A DNA stretch of 64,000 bases from Cyanobacteria bacterium P01_A01_bin.123 (GTDB lineage: Bacteria > Cyanobacteriota > Cyanobacteriia > Phormidesmidales > Phormidesmidaceae): positions 1-64,000 of the forward strand of contig JBCBZT010000027.1 of NCBI GenBank assembly GCA_039815185.1, in the 5' to 3' direction. Below are positions 19,604-30,000 of this stretch, piece by piece (the first letter of the stretch is position 1; every line of letters starts with the position of its first letter). Below the pieces are notes generated by a model that worked only from the letters and a program-made list of their open reading frames with translations, did not search any database and was not told where the DNA came from. The position numbers and the translations under genes were made by a program.

Positions 19604-20308
19604 TTAGTTTTCAGCTAGAGGCTCATCATCCTCTTTGGTTCTCCCGCCACAGATGAGGGTTAAGTCATCTTCTAAGAATTTTTGAATGGTCTGGTTGTTA
19701 ATAGCCGTACTTGCCATCGTTTCATTGTGGTTTGCCGGGTCAACACCTGCACCTACGATTCCCCGTAGGAGAGGCTCCGCCAAAGCTTCTAGATCCGTCT
19801 CCATTAATCCAACAATTTGCATTAATTCAGATTGAGCGCCAACCTGAGAGGAATTATCAACATTAACTATTGTTTCATTGTGGTTGCCACCGCATTGATC
19901 GATAGGGCAACCACCATCGATAGGACGACCACTTGAAATGCCAGCTGCAATTGCTGCTAAATCTTCCCTCGTCAATTCAACGATTTGCACTAACTCAGAT
20001 TGAGCGTCAACCTGAGAGGAGTTCTCAACATTGACTATTGTTTCATTGTGGTTGGCACCGCATAATTCCCAGGGACAAGTCATACCACCTCCAATTGCTG
20101 CTAAATCTTCTTTCGTCAATTCAAAGATTTTTGATGACTCAGATTCAGAAAAAAACTGAGAGGAATTGACCGCACTGACCGTCGTTTTGTTGTGGTTAAA
20201 AGCAATTTTCTCGCCTGCGATTGCTGCCAAATCTTTCTCACCCAGTTCAATAATCTTAACGGGCTTAGAAGCTATCGTTTTTGGATTCCGTTTAGAATTC
20301 TCCTGCAT
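19604..20308 (-). CDS. Five-module precursor (4 NHN cassettes + terminal RTKEDDEPLAEN core)
   Basis: Probable ATG 20308 (MQENSK) with AGGAG RBS; cores include CPWELC and CPIDQC. Confidence 0.88.
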   Translation of the reverse strand: MQENSKRNPKTIASKPVKIIELGEKDLAAIAGEKIAFNHNKTTVSAVNSSQFFSESESSKIFELTKEDLAAIGGGMTCPWELCGANHNETIVNVENSSQVDAQSELVQIVELTREDLAAIAAGISSGRPIDGGCPIDQCGGNHNETIVNVDNSSQVGAQSELMQIVGLMETDLEALAEPLLRGIVGAGVDPANHNETMASTAINNQTIQKFLEDDLTLICGGRTKEDDEPLAEN

Positions 20309-20542
20309 GGTTTTTCTCCTTGATTGAGACGTTAATTTAGTGTTGCTGAATCGAGAGATGAATTTGCCAAAGTGGTGCACTCTGAATTGTCCCTTTTCAT
20401 GCATGTCTAGAGGACTTTAAGCCCCCTTTCTGGTATGCCCCTTGGGCTATATTCTGGGGGACTTTGAAAGGTTTATTCCCCCCAGAATTGGGGGGCTAGG
20501 GGGGCTAAGTCATACCGCTATTCAGTAATGCCAGAAATTGAA

Positions 20543-20782
20543 TCACCCCTCAAGACATCGTGGGCTACCAGACCAGCCCCCTGATATTGCCAAAAGATCT
20601 GTTTCGCTTAGTGGTTCTAACTGGTTTTGCAGTAGTTGGTAGAGGCAATCACTAGAGAACTGATAGCCCTTTTCAGCGCCAGCGCTTTTAATCAGCACGA
20701 TCGCTTCTAATAGACTATTCGTTTCCTTGATTTTCTGTCTCAATTGCGCGTCACTGAGCAACGCTTTGATTTGGCTTAGCAT
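20543..20782 (-). CDS. Nif11-leader lanthipeptide-type precursor (79 aa)
   Basis: MLSQIKALLSDAQLRQKIK..AEKGYQFS..LSETDLLAISGG-WSGSPRCLEG; AAGGAG RBS before ATG 20782. Confidence 0.85.
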   Translation of the reverse strand: MLSQIKALLSDAQLRQKIKETNSLLEAIVLIKSAGAEKGYQFSSDCLYQLLQNQLEPLSETDLLAISGGWSGSPRCLEG

Positions 20783-20898
20783 AATGCTTATCTCCTTTTG
20801 CAATGAAGGTAAGACTGTACGGATTCTGAATGATTTTGCGAGGCACGATCGCGCCCTAAAGGCAGCGCGCGATCGCCCTGCTCTAGCCAAGATATAAA

Positions 20899-21144
20899 TT
20901 AATTATCTTCACCAATGGGATCATCATCCTCTTTAGATCTCCCGCCACAGATGAGGGCTAAGTCATCTTCTGAGAGTTTTTGAATGGACTGGTTGTTGAT
21001 AGCCGTACCCACCATCGTTTCATTGTGATTTGCCAGGTCAACACCTGCACCGACAATCGCTTCTAAATCCTTCTCCATCAATTCAACAATTCCAGGGGAT
21101 TTAGGGAGCGTTTTTTGAGGCTTTTGCTTTGACTTCTTCTTCAT
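20899..21144 (-). CDS. Two-module precursor (NHNET cassette + RSKEDDDPIGEDN core)
   Basis: Leader repeats; AAGGAG RBS. Confidence 0.88.
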   Translation of the reverse strand: MKKKSKQKPQKTLPKSPGIVELMEKDLEAIVGAGVDLANHNETMVGTAINNQSIQKLSEDDLALICGGRSKEDDDPIGEDN

Positions 21145-21208
21145 GATTTTTTCTCCTTAATAGAAGGTTATTTTTTAAGCCTAGGACTTGCCTTTTCGAC
21201 TTACTTTT

Positions 21209-21240
21209 ACTGTATTCAATAATCGAGAATAAGTAGGGAA
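21209..21240 (-). promoter_or_regulatory. Shared island promoter motif
   Basis: TTCCCTA-CTTA-TTCTCGATT-ATTGAA-TACAGT. Confidence 0.75.
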
Positions 21241-21396
21241 TAAAAATGCTTTTAGAGCAGGTTTTTGAGCTATTTTTTAATATAAAAAGCGATCGCATTC
21301 CATTAAAAAATAGATGCGATCGCTTTCGTTATTTATGACAATAATTAATGACGATTGACCTGGCCATCAGCCATTGTCAATCCAAAATCCTTAACC

Positions 21397-22245
21397 TTAT
21401 ACTGCCGCCTGAAAAACCTTGCAGCTAAGTGCAAGCATCTCATCTAAAAAACTGTCGTAGGCATCCCAAACGGCCTGCATCTTTAAGTTGACCAGATCGC
21501 GGGGCGCACTCAGTTGTTCCAGTCGGCGCGTTAACTGTGTCGCATCGCCAGTATGATCGGTCTCAACTGCAATATATTGCCTCAGCCAAGCCAAATCATA
21601 GGCAGAAATTGCCTGAGTTCGTTCGATTTGGGCTTGAATTGCTAACGCCAATTGATAGGCATAAATCTTGCCCGCGAGTAACGCCCCCAGGGCTAAGAAT
21701 GGCTCTTGATCGGTGTAGTAACCTTCAAGTTGTTGCTTTAGATTTGTTCCTGGACTCTTAATCGCAACGGTATCAAACTGACTAGCTGGGACAGGTTGCA
21801 ATCGCCGCCAGGGCTTGAGGGCGTAATAAAGCCGATCAAACAACACGCGATTAATTCGTTCAGGCTTGCCATGGCCTAGCTCATCGTAGAGCTGCCGGAC
21901 CAAAACACAGCTAATGATTTCATCGTCAATGCGGCAGAGCATCGTTGAGAGCCACTGGGCCATATTGCTGTGGACCTGCCGCAGATTATGGAAAAGCAAC
22001 CATAGGCTGTTGAGATCCAGCGGTTTGGACTGGAGCCACTCAAAGTAAGGATGGGTGGCAACCTCCCTGTGCTCGAAGGACTTGATCAGGATTTCTAAAC
22101 GTTGGGGGTAATCCATAGACGGGTGCCCATTCATGAGCTGACCTGTCACAACACCGGAGGGCTGGGGTTCAATTAGGGTTAAGGTTTGATGGGCCATCTT
22201 GTTTTCCTGATGTGCAGACACGCGATTGATCTTTGAAGGGCACAA
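21397..22245 (-). CDS. Heme-oxygenase-like (iron-containing redox enzyme family) protein with degenerate metal ligands
   Basis: HPYF, YDELGHG, ALGALLAG, IAVETDH; alternative ATG at 22197. Confidence 0.75.
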   Translation of the reverse strand: MCPSKINRVSAHQENKMAHQTLTLIEPQPSGVVTGQLMNGHPSMDYPQRLEILIKSFEHREVATHPYFEWLQSKPLDLNSLWLLFHNLRQVHSNMAQWLSTMLCRIDDEIISCVLVRQLYDELGHGKPERINRVLFDRLYYALKPWRRLQPVPASQFDTVAIKSPGTNLKQQLEGYYTDQEPFLALGALLAGKIYAYQLALAIQAQIERTQAISAYDLAWLRQYIAVETDHTGDATQLTRRLEQLSAPRDLVNLKMQAVWDAYDSFLDEMLALSCKVFQAAV

Positions 22246-23133
22246 CTATTGCTCAATTCTGCTCATCATCGTTTCATTGTGGTTTACACCACAGTTGTCA
22301 ATCTCGGTACAATCATCTCCGCGACCACCCCCAGCGATCGCCGCTAGATCTTCCTCACTTAGTTCAACGATCTGAGCTGACTTGGATTGAGTAGAGGCTG
22401 TTGTATGGACTATCGTTTCGTTATGATTAGCTCCTAACGCAGGGTCTGTACTATGACCAGAACCGCTTGCGATCGCCGCTAAGTTTTCCCCACTTAGTTC
22501 AACGATTTGGACTGACATAGGTTTAGTATCAGCCTGCAAATTTTTAACCGCATTCACCATCGTTTCATTGTGGTTTAGCTCAATTCCAGGCGGAGGTGGC
22601 CCATCGTTACGCTCTCCACCCCCTGCGATCGCCGCTAAGTCTTCTTCACTTAGTTCAACGATTTGGGCTGGCTTAGAGCTAGGGGTAGCCTGCAAATTTT
22701 TAACCGCATTCACCATCGTTTCATTGTGATTAACACTAATGCCTCGTGTTGAGATATTGGCATTATCGTTATTACTCCCACCATATATGGCTTCTAAGGC
22801 CTTTTCACTGAGTTCAACTATTGCCAATGGTTTAGGCTGAGTATCTTTGTCAAACTCAACCAGTGTTTCATTATGATTAATCTGAATGCCTGCACCTGAA
22901 ATATTCGCCAGATCTTCCTTACTTAATTCAAAGATTTTGGCTGGTTCATCTTGAGAGTTAGCTTGTAAAGTCTCTCTTTGATTAACCAGCATTTCATTGT
23001 GGTTCATCCTGACGCCAGCACCAACAATGGCCTGCAAATCTTTCTCGCTCAATTCAACTAGCTTTGGCAATGAAGATTGACTAGCAGAGGGGTGTTGAGG
23101 GGATGGACGTCGATGGGGTTGGGGCATAGTCAT
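22246..23133 (-). CDS. Six-cassette NHNE precursor
   Basis: Six leader-core-NHNE(T/M) repeats. Confidence 0.9.
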   Translation of the reverse strand: MTMPQPHRRPSPQHPSASQSSLPKLVELSEKDLQAIVGAGVRMNHNEMLVNQRETLQANSQDEPAKIFELSKEDLANISGAGIQINHNETLVEFDKDTQPKPLAIVELSEKALEAIYGGSNNDNANISTRGISVNHNETMVNAVKNLQATPSSKPAQIVELSEEDLAAIAGGGERNDGPPPPGIELNHNETMVNAVKNLQADTKPMSVQIVELSGENLAAIASGSGHSTDPALGANHNETIVHTTASTQSKSAQIVELSEEDLAAIAGGGRGDDCTEIDNCGVNHNETMMSRIEQ

Positions 23134-23484
23134 GGGTTTATTTCCTTGGGGGCCGAGTATTGCTTAGCGATCATCATTAACCCGGGAGACGGAATGTGGA
23201 TAAGACATCCCTTAGGCGATCGCTAGACGGTTGCACAGTCATGAGCTGACCTGTGACGGTAGCAACAAGTGATGCATTAATTGGATGCTCCTAATGTGCG
23301 TTACCTATCCAGAAAACGCCAGGGAAGATAGACAGTTAAGCCAGTCACTTAAGCAGACACTTAAGGCTAAAACTGTCTGCCAGTCAGCCTTCTCGAGATC
23401 TCCCCGATTGTGTGTTGGGCTGTCGCGCCCGCGGATGCGGTGTGCCCTATAATGCCGCTATGCAGTCCTTTTCACTGAGTTAGG

Positions 23485-26400
23485 GTGAAACAACCTCAAC
23501 GGTCTCGACGTAGGCGGGGTGTCCTTTTGTCACCCCAGGGTTGGCAGCGTTTACAAGACGTATTAGAACAATCCGCCAGGCAACATAATGGGGGATATCC
23601 TTACACGCTTACCCAGCTTGTTGACTTGACCGGGCTGAGTTCAAAAACCCTGACGCGCATCCACAGCCGGAAAACCCCAATCGATCGGAAGACCCTGGAG
23701 GAGTATTTCAGTGCGTTTGACTTGCGGTTAACTGCTCAAGACTGTGCAGCACCAGAGGCAGACCCTCAAGCGGTTAAAGATGCAGCCCCCCCGGCAGAGG
23801 CTGCAACCGATGAGGAGAGCACGCCAGCCGCCCCTGCCAAAATTAGCTGGGGCGCTGCCCCAGATGTGTCTACCTTTTATGGCCGCACCACTGAACTCTC
23901 AACGCTAGCCAGTTGGATTGCCCCAGCGTCTCCTACAGATCGTTGTCGGTTAGTGGCAGTGCTGGGGATTGGCGGGGTTGGCAAGACGACGTTGGTGGTC
24001 AAAGTCGTGGAGCAGTTGCTGGCCGCAATAGAAGGGGAAAAGACAGCCCCAGCGTTCCCCTTTGACTTTGTGATCTGGCGCAGCCTCAGCAATGCCCCTC
24101 CCCTGGACACATTACTGGGCGAAATCATCCCGATTATTTCCCATCAGCAGGAAACCCAGACCGACCGTCAGCGGGTCTTTCAGTATCTCCGTACGCGCCG
24201 CTGTCTGTTGATTTTGGATAACTTGGAAACCATTTTGCAGCCCCAACAGCCTGGGCGTTTTCGAGTGGGCTATGAAGACTACGGTCAGTTCTTGCGACAG
24301 ATTGGGGAAACCGCCCACCAAAGCTGCCTGATTTTCACCAGTCGGGAAAAACCGATGGCGATCGCGTCTTTAGAAGGGGTTGAATTGCCGGTGCGATCGC
24401 TGCAATTGGGTGGTCTCCAAACCGAGGCAACCGTGCTGCTGACAGCAAAGGGACTATCGGGTTCCGTGCAAGACCACAATACCCTCATCCAAAGCTATGA
24501 CGGTAATCCCTTGGCCCTCAAAATTGTGGCGACCTCTATTTTGGATTTGTTTGAAGGGGACATCCAAGCATTTTTAAGCCACGATAGTTTGCTGTTTAAT
24601 GGCGTGCGTCGACTGCTCAATGAGCAATTCGCTCGGATTTCGCCATTGCAGCAAAGCATCATGTATTGGCTGGCAATTAACCGGGAGTGGACAACGGTTC
24701 TCCAACTCGAAGAAGACTTGGTGCCTGCGGTCTCTAGGGGGCGACTCTTAGAAGCGTTGGAAGCGCTGTGTTGGCGCAGCCTAGTGGAGAAGCAAGCCCG
24801 CGCTTACAGTCAGCAACCCGTGGTGATGGAATATGTCACCAGCCGCTGGGTTGAGCAAGTGGGTGACGAATTAACCACCCTAGACTTTGAATTATTTATC
24901 CGGCATCCGCTGATCAAAACCACGGTGGCAGAATACATCAACCAAAGCCAGACCCGGCTGATTCTCATGCCCGTGCTCACTCAATTTCAGAGCAATTTCA
25001 GAGCGATCGCCACCCTAGAACAACAAATCCTTAGAAGTTTGACCGCACTGCGGCAAATGGAACCTCATTTGTCAGGCTATGGCGGCGGTAATCTGATTAA
25101 TCTCTGTATTCATCTGGATGTGGATTTGACTCAGTTTGACTTTTCTGGTTTAAATCTCTGGCACACCTGTTTACAGGGGGTAGAACTGCACCAAGTCAAT
25201 TTTGAAAATTCAAATCTGGCGAAATCTATTTTTACGCAAACCTTTGGAGTCGTGTTCTCCGTTGCCTTTAGTCCTGATAGTCAACGCCTGGTTACAGGCG
25301 ATGATAATGGCAACCTCTATCTATGGAACATCGCCGATGGGCAGCTCCATTGGATGTTACAAGGCCATGGCACCTGGGTGTGGTGCTTAGCCTGGAGCCC
25401 TGACGGTGAAACGATTGCCAGTGGCAGTGCCGATCAAACTATCAAACTTTGGCACCCCGAAACGGGTGAATGTCTCCAAACGTTTCAGGGTCATAGCAAT
25501 TGGGTGCGATCGATTGCCTGGCACCCGGATGGGCACATGCTTGCCAGTGGCTCTATGGATCAAACCATCAAGCTTTGGGATGTTAGCAATGGAAACTGCT
25601 TGCAAACCCTGCAGATGACCGATGATTCGGCCTGGTCGGTGGCTTGGAGCCCGGATGGTCAAACCCTGGCCAGTGGAGGGCATGGTCAGGTTGTTAGACT
25701 TTGGCAGTTGGAGACGGGAAACTGTGTGCAACTGTTGGCAGGACATACCTCCTGGATACGTGCCGTGGATTGGCGTCCGGATGGGCAACAGTTGGCTAGC
25801 GGCAGCGATGATCAAACGGTGAAAGTTTGGGATGCCCAAACAGGGACTTGCCTGCAAACCTTTGAGGGCCATAGCAATGCCATTTGGCATGTCAAATGGA
25901 GCCCGGATGGTCAAACCCTGGCGAGTAGTGCCCATGATCACCACGTTAGAATTTGGCATCCCCAAACGGGTCAATGCCGCCAGCTATTACAAAACCATAC
26001 CAACTGGGTTTGGTCAGCCGCCTGGAGCCCGAATGGTCAGGCCCTGGCCAGCGTATCCCATGATCGCACTATTCGACTGTGGGAGACCCAAACTTGGCAT
26101 TGTCTAAAAACCTGGCAGGGGTATACCAGCGTCCCCATGGCTGTAGATTGGAATCCTGACGGACAGACTCTAGCGACCTGTAGCGATGACCAAACCGTCC
26201 GCCTCTGGGATGTGCAAACGCGACGGTGTACGCAAATCCTTCCAGGTCATGCCAATGTGGTTTGGACAGTGGCCTGGAGCCCGGATGGTCAAACCCTGGC
26301 CAGCGGCAGTGACGATTGCACCGTCAGGCTCTGGCATGCCCAGACCGGAGATTGCCTCAGGGTTCTCACCCATCAAAGTTGGGTCTGGTCCGTGGCTTGG

Positions 26401-27117
26401 AGCCCCGATAGTCAAACCCTGGCCAGTGGCGTCCATGGCCAAACGGTGAATTTGTGGGACGTTCAAACCGGGCAGTGCTTGAAAACTTGGCAAGGCCATG
26501 ACAACTCGATTCGGTCGGTGCGGTGGAGTCCGGATGGCCGGATGCTGGCCACCGGCAGTGATGATCAAACCGTCAAGATCTGGGATGTCGCGACAGTCAC
26601 CTGCCTGCTCACGCTGCCCCATGCCAATTGGGTGTGGTCAGTCGCCTGGAGCCCGCAGGCAACAATCGTAGTAACGGGCTGCGCCGATCACACGGTTAAC
26701 CTGTGGAATGCTGAGACGGGTGAATGTTTAGCAACTTGGAAAGGGCACAACAACTCGGTTCGTTCTGTAGCTTGGAGCCCGATTCACGCAGCATCCCCAG
26801 AGGGGGCTGGACAGATCATCGCCAGTGGGAGTGATGACCAAACGGTGAAACTATGGGATGTCAAAACAGGGCACTGTTTACAGACCTTGCAGGGCCATAT
26901 TAATGCGGTGGTATCGGTTGCCTGGAGTCCTAACGGTAAAACTCTCATCAGCAGCAGTGCTGATGAAACCATGAGAATTTGGCATCCTGACTCGGGCGAG
27001 TGTTTGGCAACGCTCCGCGCCGATCGCCCCTACGAAGGCATGAACATTACCGGCGTCACAGGTCTCACAGAAGCACAGAAAGCGACCCTGAAAGCTTTGG
27101 GGGCTGTTGAGAGTTGA
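23485..27117 (+). CDS. HTH-NB-ARC-pentapeptide-WD40 (STAND) protein
   Basis: RRRRGVLLS N-terminus, GIGGVGKT, LLILDN, WD40 repeats. Confidence 0.92.
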   Translation: MKQPQRSRRRRGVLLSPQGWQRLQDVLEQSARQHNGGYPYTLTQLVDLTGLSSKTLTRIHSRKTPIDRKTLEEYFSAFDLRLTAQDCAAPEADPQAVKDAAPPAEAATDEESTPAAPAKISWGAAPDVSTFYGRTTELSTLASWIAPASPTDRCRLVAVLGIGGVGKTTLVVKVVEQLLAAIEGEKTAPAFPFDFVIWRSLSNAPPLDTLLGEIIPIISHQQETQTDRQRVFQYLRTRRCLLILDNLETILQPQQPGRFRVGYEDYGQFLRQIGETAHQSCLIFTSREKPMAIASLEGVELPVRSLQLGGLQTEATVLLTAKGLSGSVQDHNTLIQSYDGNPLALKIVATSILDLFEGDIQAFLSHDSLLFNGVRRLLNEQFARISPLQQSIMYWLAINREWTTVLQLEEDLVPAVSRGRLLEALEALCWRSLVEKQARAYSQQPVVMEYVTSRWVEQVGDELTTLDFELFIRHPLIKTTVAEYINQSQTRLILMPVLTQFQSNFRAIATLEQQILRSLTALRQMEPHLSGYGGGNLINLCIHLDVDLTQFDFSGLNLWHTCLQGVELHQVNFENSNLAKSIFTQTFGVVFSVAFSPDSQRLVTGDDNGNLYLWNIADGQLHWMLQGHGTWVWCLAWSPDGETIASGSADQTIKLWHPETGECLQTFQGHSNWVRSIAWHPDGHMLASGSMDQTIKLWDVSNGNCLQTLQMTDDSAWSVAWSPDGQTLASGGHGQVVRLWQLETGNCVQLLAGHTSWIRAVDWRPDGQQLASGSDDQTVKVWDAQTGTCLQTFEGHSNAIWHVKWSPDGQTLASSAHDHHVRIWHPQTGQCRQLLQNHTNWVWSAAWSPNGQALASVSHDRTIRLWETQTWHCLKTWQGYTSVPMAVDWNPDGQTLATCSDDQTVRLWDVQTRRCTQILPGHANVVWTVAWSPDGQTLASGSDDCTVRLWHAQTGDCLRVLTHQSWVWSVAWSPDSQTLASGVHGQTVNLWDVQTGQCLKTWQGHDNSIRSVRWSPDGRMLATGSDDQTVKIWDVATVTCLLTLPHANWVWSVAWSPQATIVVTGCADHTVNLWNAETGECLATWKGHNNSVRSVAWSPIHAASPEGAGQIIASGSDDQTVKLWDVKTGHCLQTLQGHINAVVSVAWSPNGKTLISSSADETMRIWHPDSGECLATLRADRPYEGMNITGVTGLTEAQKATLKALGAVES

Positions 27118-27204
27118 GGAAGAAATAATGTGCGATGTTGACCGATAAAGTCAGTCCAGATTGATTGTTTTTCCTAACGCCTACGGTGACGCTGTGCAGG
27201 GCAA

Positions 27205-27516
27205 CTACTCGGATAGGGTTGAACTCAATAACTGAGCGTAATCGGCATCCTGAGTCACATGCATCCGAGCTGTTTTCAGGTAATGACCGATGAAAGCTTG
27301 ACTTGTTAAACCAAAATCTGTGATAGCCAGCATGACTAGTGTCTCATTACCAGTGTTTTTAACTTGGTGAGCTGCCCAACGCGGTACAAAAATAATATCG
27401 CCAGCATTCACATTCAATTGGGTATGGTCAATCGAAGCGGTTCCTTTGCCTTGCTGAATAATCAGCAGTGCTTCGTGGGCATGGCGATGACGCTCATTCG
27501 TTTTGTTGGGGGCAAT
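27205..27516 (-). pseudogene. 3' relic (cupin part) of a second HDO-cupin gene, truncated next to an IS
   Basis: IAPNKTNERHRHAHEALL..GDIIFVPRWAAHQVKN..TQDADYAQ matches 5978..7228. Confidence 0.88.
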
Positions 27517-27593
27517 GCAGCACGTGCGTGAAAACTGACTTGAATATTGGGTTAATTAGCAGCTATCAACCGACCTCAGAGCTGGTAAGCCCT

Positions 27594-28709
27594 TTAAACA
27601 GCAGCATCCGTGCTGATCTCTTGCTTTTGCCAGAATACGAAACGCTTGAGGTTGTAGGTTAAGTTTTTGAGCCCTAACATCACCTTCGCCCTAGCTAGGC
27701 CAATTGTCCGAATCGCCTTGCCACCCATCTCATTGACCATCGTGCCAAAGACATGTTCTACCTTGGCTCTGGTCTTCGAACGCTCCCGGTTGTCTGCTCT
27801 CTGCGCTTCACTCAAAGGGCGGTTACGGTAGGCGCGCTCGTTGATGTGGCTGATAAATCCCATCCAACTCAGAACTTCGACTATCGCTGCTGATAGGTAA
27901 GCACTATCTGCCCACAATTCATCGTCGCTGTTGTCAGCCTCGAGCAGGTGCCCGAGAACCTGTGAATCATGCACTGCTGCATCGGTGACCTGATAGCGAC
28001 GGATGAAGCCGTACCCAGCATCGCGATTGATGTGGTTCTTGTAACCGTAGTGAGACAACCCCATTCTTCTTGGCCCACCGCGCGTCCATGTCCTTTTGCA
28101 ACAGCTTATGCGGCTTATCTTGCCAGTCTTCGGGTACCTCGCCCTGCTTAATTTGTGCATTCTCTGCTTTGTTATTGCGCTGCTTAGGCACCGGCACCAG
28201 CGTTGCATCGATAATCTGACCGCACTGGGCTTGATAGCCTGCCGTATTCAGATATGCCCCAAATTGCTCAAACAATCCTTCGACGAGCCCCTGCCGTCGA
28301 AGCTCGTCCTTGAACGACCACACCGTCTTGGCATCAGGAACCCTATCTTCGAGTCCCAGGTGCAGAAATCGCATAAATGAAAGCCGGTCGTTGACCTGAT
28401 ACTCCAGTTCATCATCGGAGATGTTGTACATTTGCTGGAGTATCAGAAGCTTGAACATCAAGATGATATCTATCGGCTTGCGGCCTGCCCGACTCTTGCG
28501 AGGCTTAGCGTAGATGCTCTCAAGCGTGGGGCGGAACGTTTCCCACGGCACCAACTCATCGAGGTCGACCAGAAATTCTTTTTTCTCTGCCAGTTTTTGA
28601 TGTCGCTCACTAAAGTCCCAGAACCCTTGTTGACCCATTGGCTTGAACACTGCATGAATGCCGATACAATCTCATATTTAGACTGCTTTCGCAATTAATC
28701 GAGGTGCCC
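27594..28709 (-). mobile_element. IS5-family element with frameshifted transposase
   Basis: ORFs 27967..28650 and 27594..28208 join to one transposase (DRLSFMRFL, IIDATLV, HYGYKNH, ADSAY, RAKVEHVFG) with one extra base at 28059-28062; probable end GAGGTGCCC at 28701-28709, opposite IR not seen. Confidence 0.88.
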
Positions 28710-28893
28710 TATTGTCTATAGCGCGATCGCCCTTTAGACCTTTTAATAGATAGCTGATTGAAATCGATCAATTAACGGCATCTAAAAACAAAGAAATCAA
28801 GACAGTTGTATTTATTTTTAGAGTGCGATCGCTTCTTCGTGTTTGATTGCCAAGCAAAAAACATATTTGAAAATATGCTAAATAATTCTCGCA

Positions 28894-28925
28894 TTCCCGA
28901 CTTATTCTCGATTAGAAAATATAGT
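28894..28925 (+). promoter_or_regulatory. Shared island promoter motif (plus strand, upstream of the men operon)
   Basis: TTCCCGA-CTTA-TTCTCGATT-AGAAAA-TATAGT. Confidence 0.75.
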
Positions 28926-29234
28926 GATTAATAAGTTGGAGAGATGAAGTCTCGAATCTCAATCAAATTCCAGAACAAAGATTCATGAGAAATGATATTA
29001 GAGAATCCAGGTGATTCTAGAGGTCATTTGGCTTTGTAGTTGTTTGGCTTGTGCGTCAAGCGGCTGCCTAATATTTCCGATGCTAGACCTGGATTTCTGT
29101 CTGTAGAAAAACTCTAGATCTTGACTTAATCACAATTAATTTCTGCTATTGAAGCGGAAGCTTCTACTTGCATACTTTCCAAGCAAAGCGCAAAACAACC
29201 TATTCGATGATTACGTTATCCATTAATACAAACC

Positions 29235-29984
29235 ATGACTTCTCATCAAACCTCTCTCAATCCACAACAAGTTGTTCAACTCAACGGCAACAGTAAGCGG
29301 CAATATGTGCGAACCTTATTTGACAATATTGCGACTCGCTACGATTTTCTCAGAACAATCGTATTTCTAGGCCACACCAGTCTTTGGTATCGGCAAGCCC
29401 TGAAAGATCTGGCCCTGCAGGCGGGAGATCACATCCTAGACGTAGGGTGTGGTACCGGAGAATCCACCCGCTATCTGAGTCAGGCCTATCCAGGTATCAC
29501 CGTTGAAGGCATGGATCTCTCTCCAGGAATGCTCTCAGAAGCCCGCCGTTTAGACCCCGATGGCACCTATTTTGAAGGAGATGTGTGCGCGATTGATTGC
29601 CCTGATAGCATCTACGACTGGGTGATCACAGCTTTCACCTTTCGTAACTTTTCAGACAAGGAAAAATCCTTAACCGAAATGTTGCGGATCTTACGCCCCG
29701 GCGGCCACCTGCTAATTCTGGATCATTTCTATCCCCAAGCCCCCCACTGGTGGCAGCAACTCTACACCCTCTGGATGCGTCGGGTAATGCCTGAACTGTT
29801 GCGACCCTTAATTGATGATGTGACGCCTTACCGCTACTTGGCAGAGAGCATCATCAACCAGCTTAATCTTGCTGATTTTGCCAACTTGCTCGAAAGTTTC
29901 AATGCCGAGGTGATCCAAACCAATACCTACACGGGTGGCGCAGCGGGACGATTGATTGCTGTCCGAAAGTTAGACGTTTTCTAA
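29235..29984 (+). CDS. menG: UbiE/MenG-family quinone methyltransferase
   Basis: VRTLFDNIATRYD, LDVGCGTG, FTFRNF, RILRPGG; context of men genes. Confidence 0.75.
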   Translation: MTSHQTSLNPQQVVQLNGNSKRQYVRTLFDNIATRYDFLRTIVFLGHTSLWYRQALKDLALQAGDHILDVGCGTGESTRYLSQAYPGITVEGMDLSPGMLSEARRLDPDGTYFEGDVCAIDCPDSIYDWVITAFTFRNFSDKEKSLTEMLRILRPGGHLLILDHFYPQAPHWWQQLYTLWMRRVMPELLRPLIDDVTPYRYLAESIINQLNLADFANLLESFNAEVIQTNTYTGGAAGRLIAVRKLDVF

Positions 29985-30000
29985 AGGGAGTGGATGCAAA

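Larger units (their letters stand above)
20230..22575. repeat. About 2.3-kb segmental duplication, copy 1 (copy 2 about 38848-41190)
   Basis: Collinear near-identical genes and intergenic DNA; boundaries approximate. Confidence 0.85.

Noticed and set aside
22131..23256. 16-bp match TCATGAGCTGACCTGT inside the HDO gene and upstream of the six-cassette precursor
   Set aside because: Only two independent occurrences, one in coding DNA; not enough to call an operator
28050..28080. Programmed frameshift in the IS5 transposase
   Set aside because: No slippery A-run; a single extra G in a G4 run fits mutation or sequencing error better
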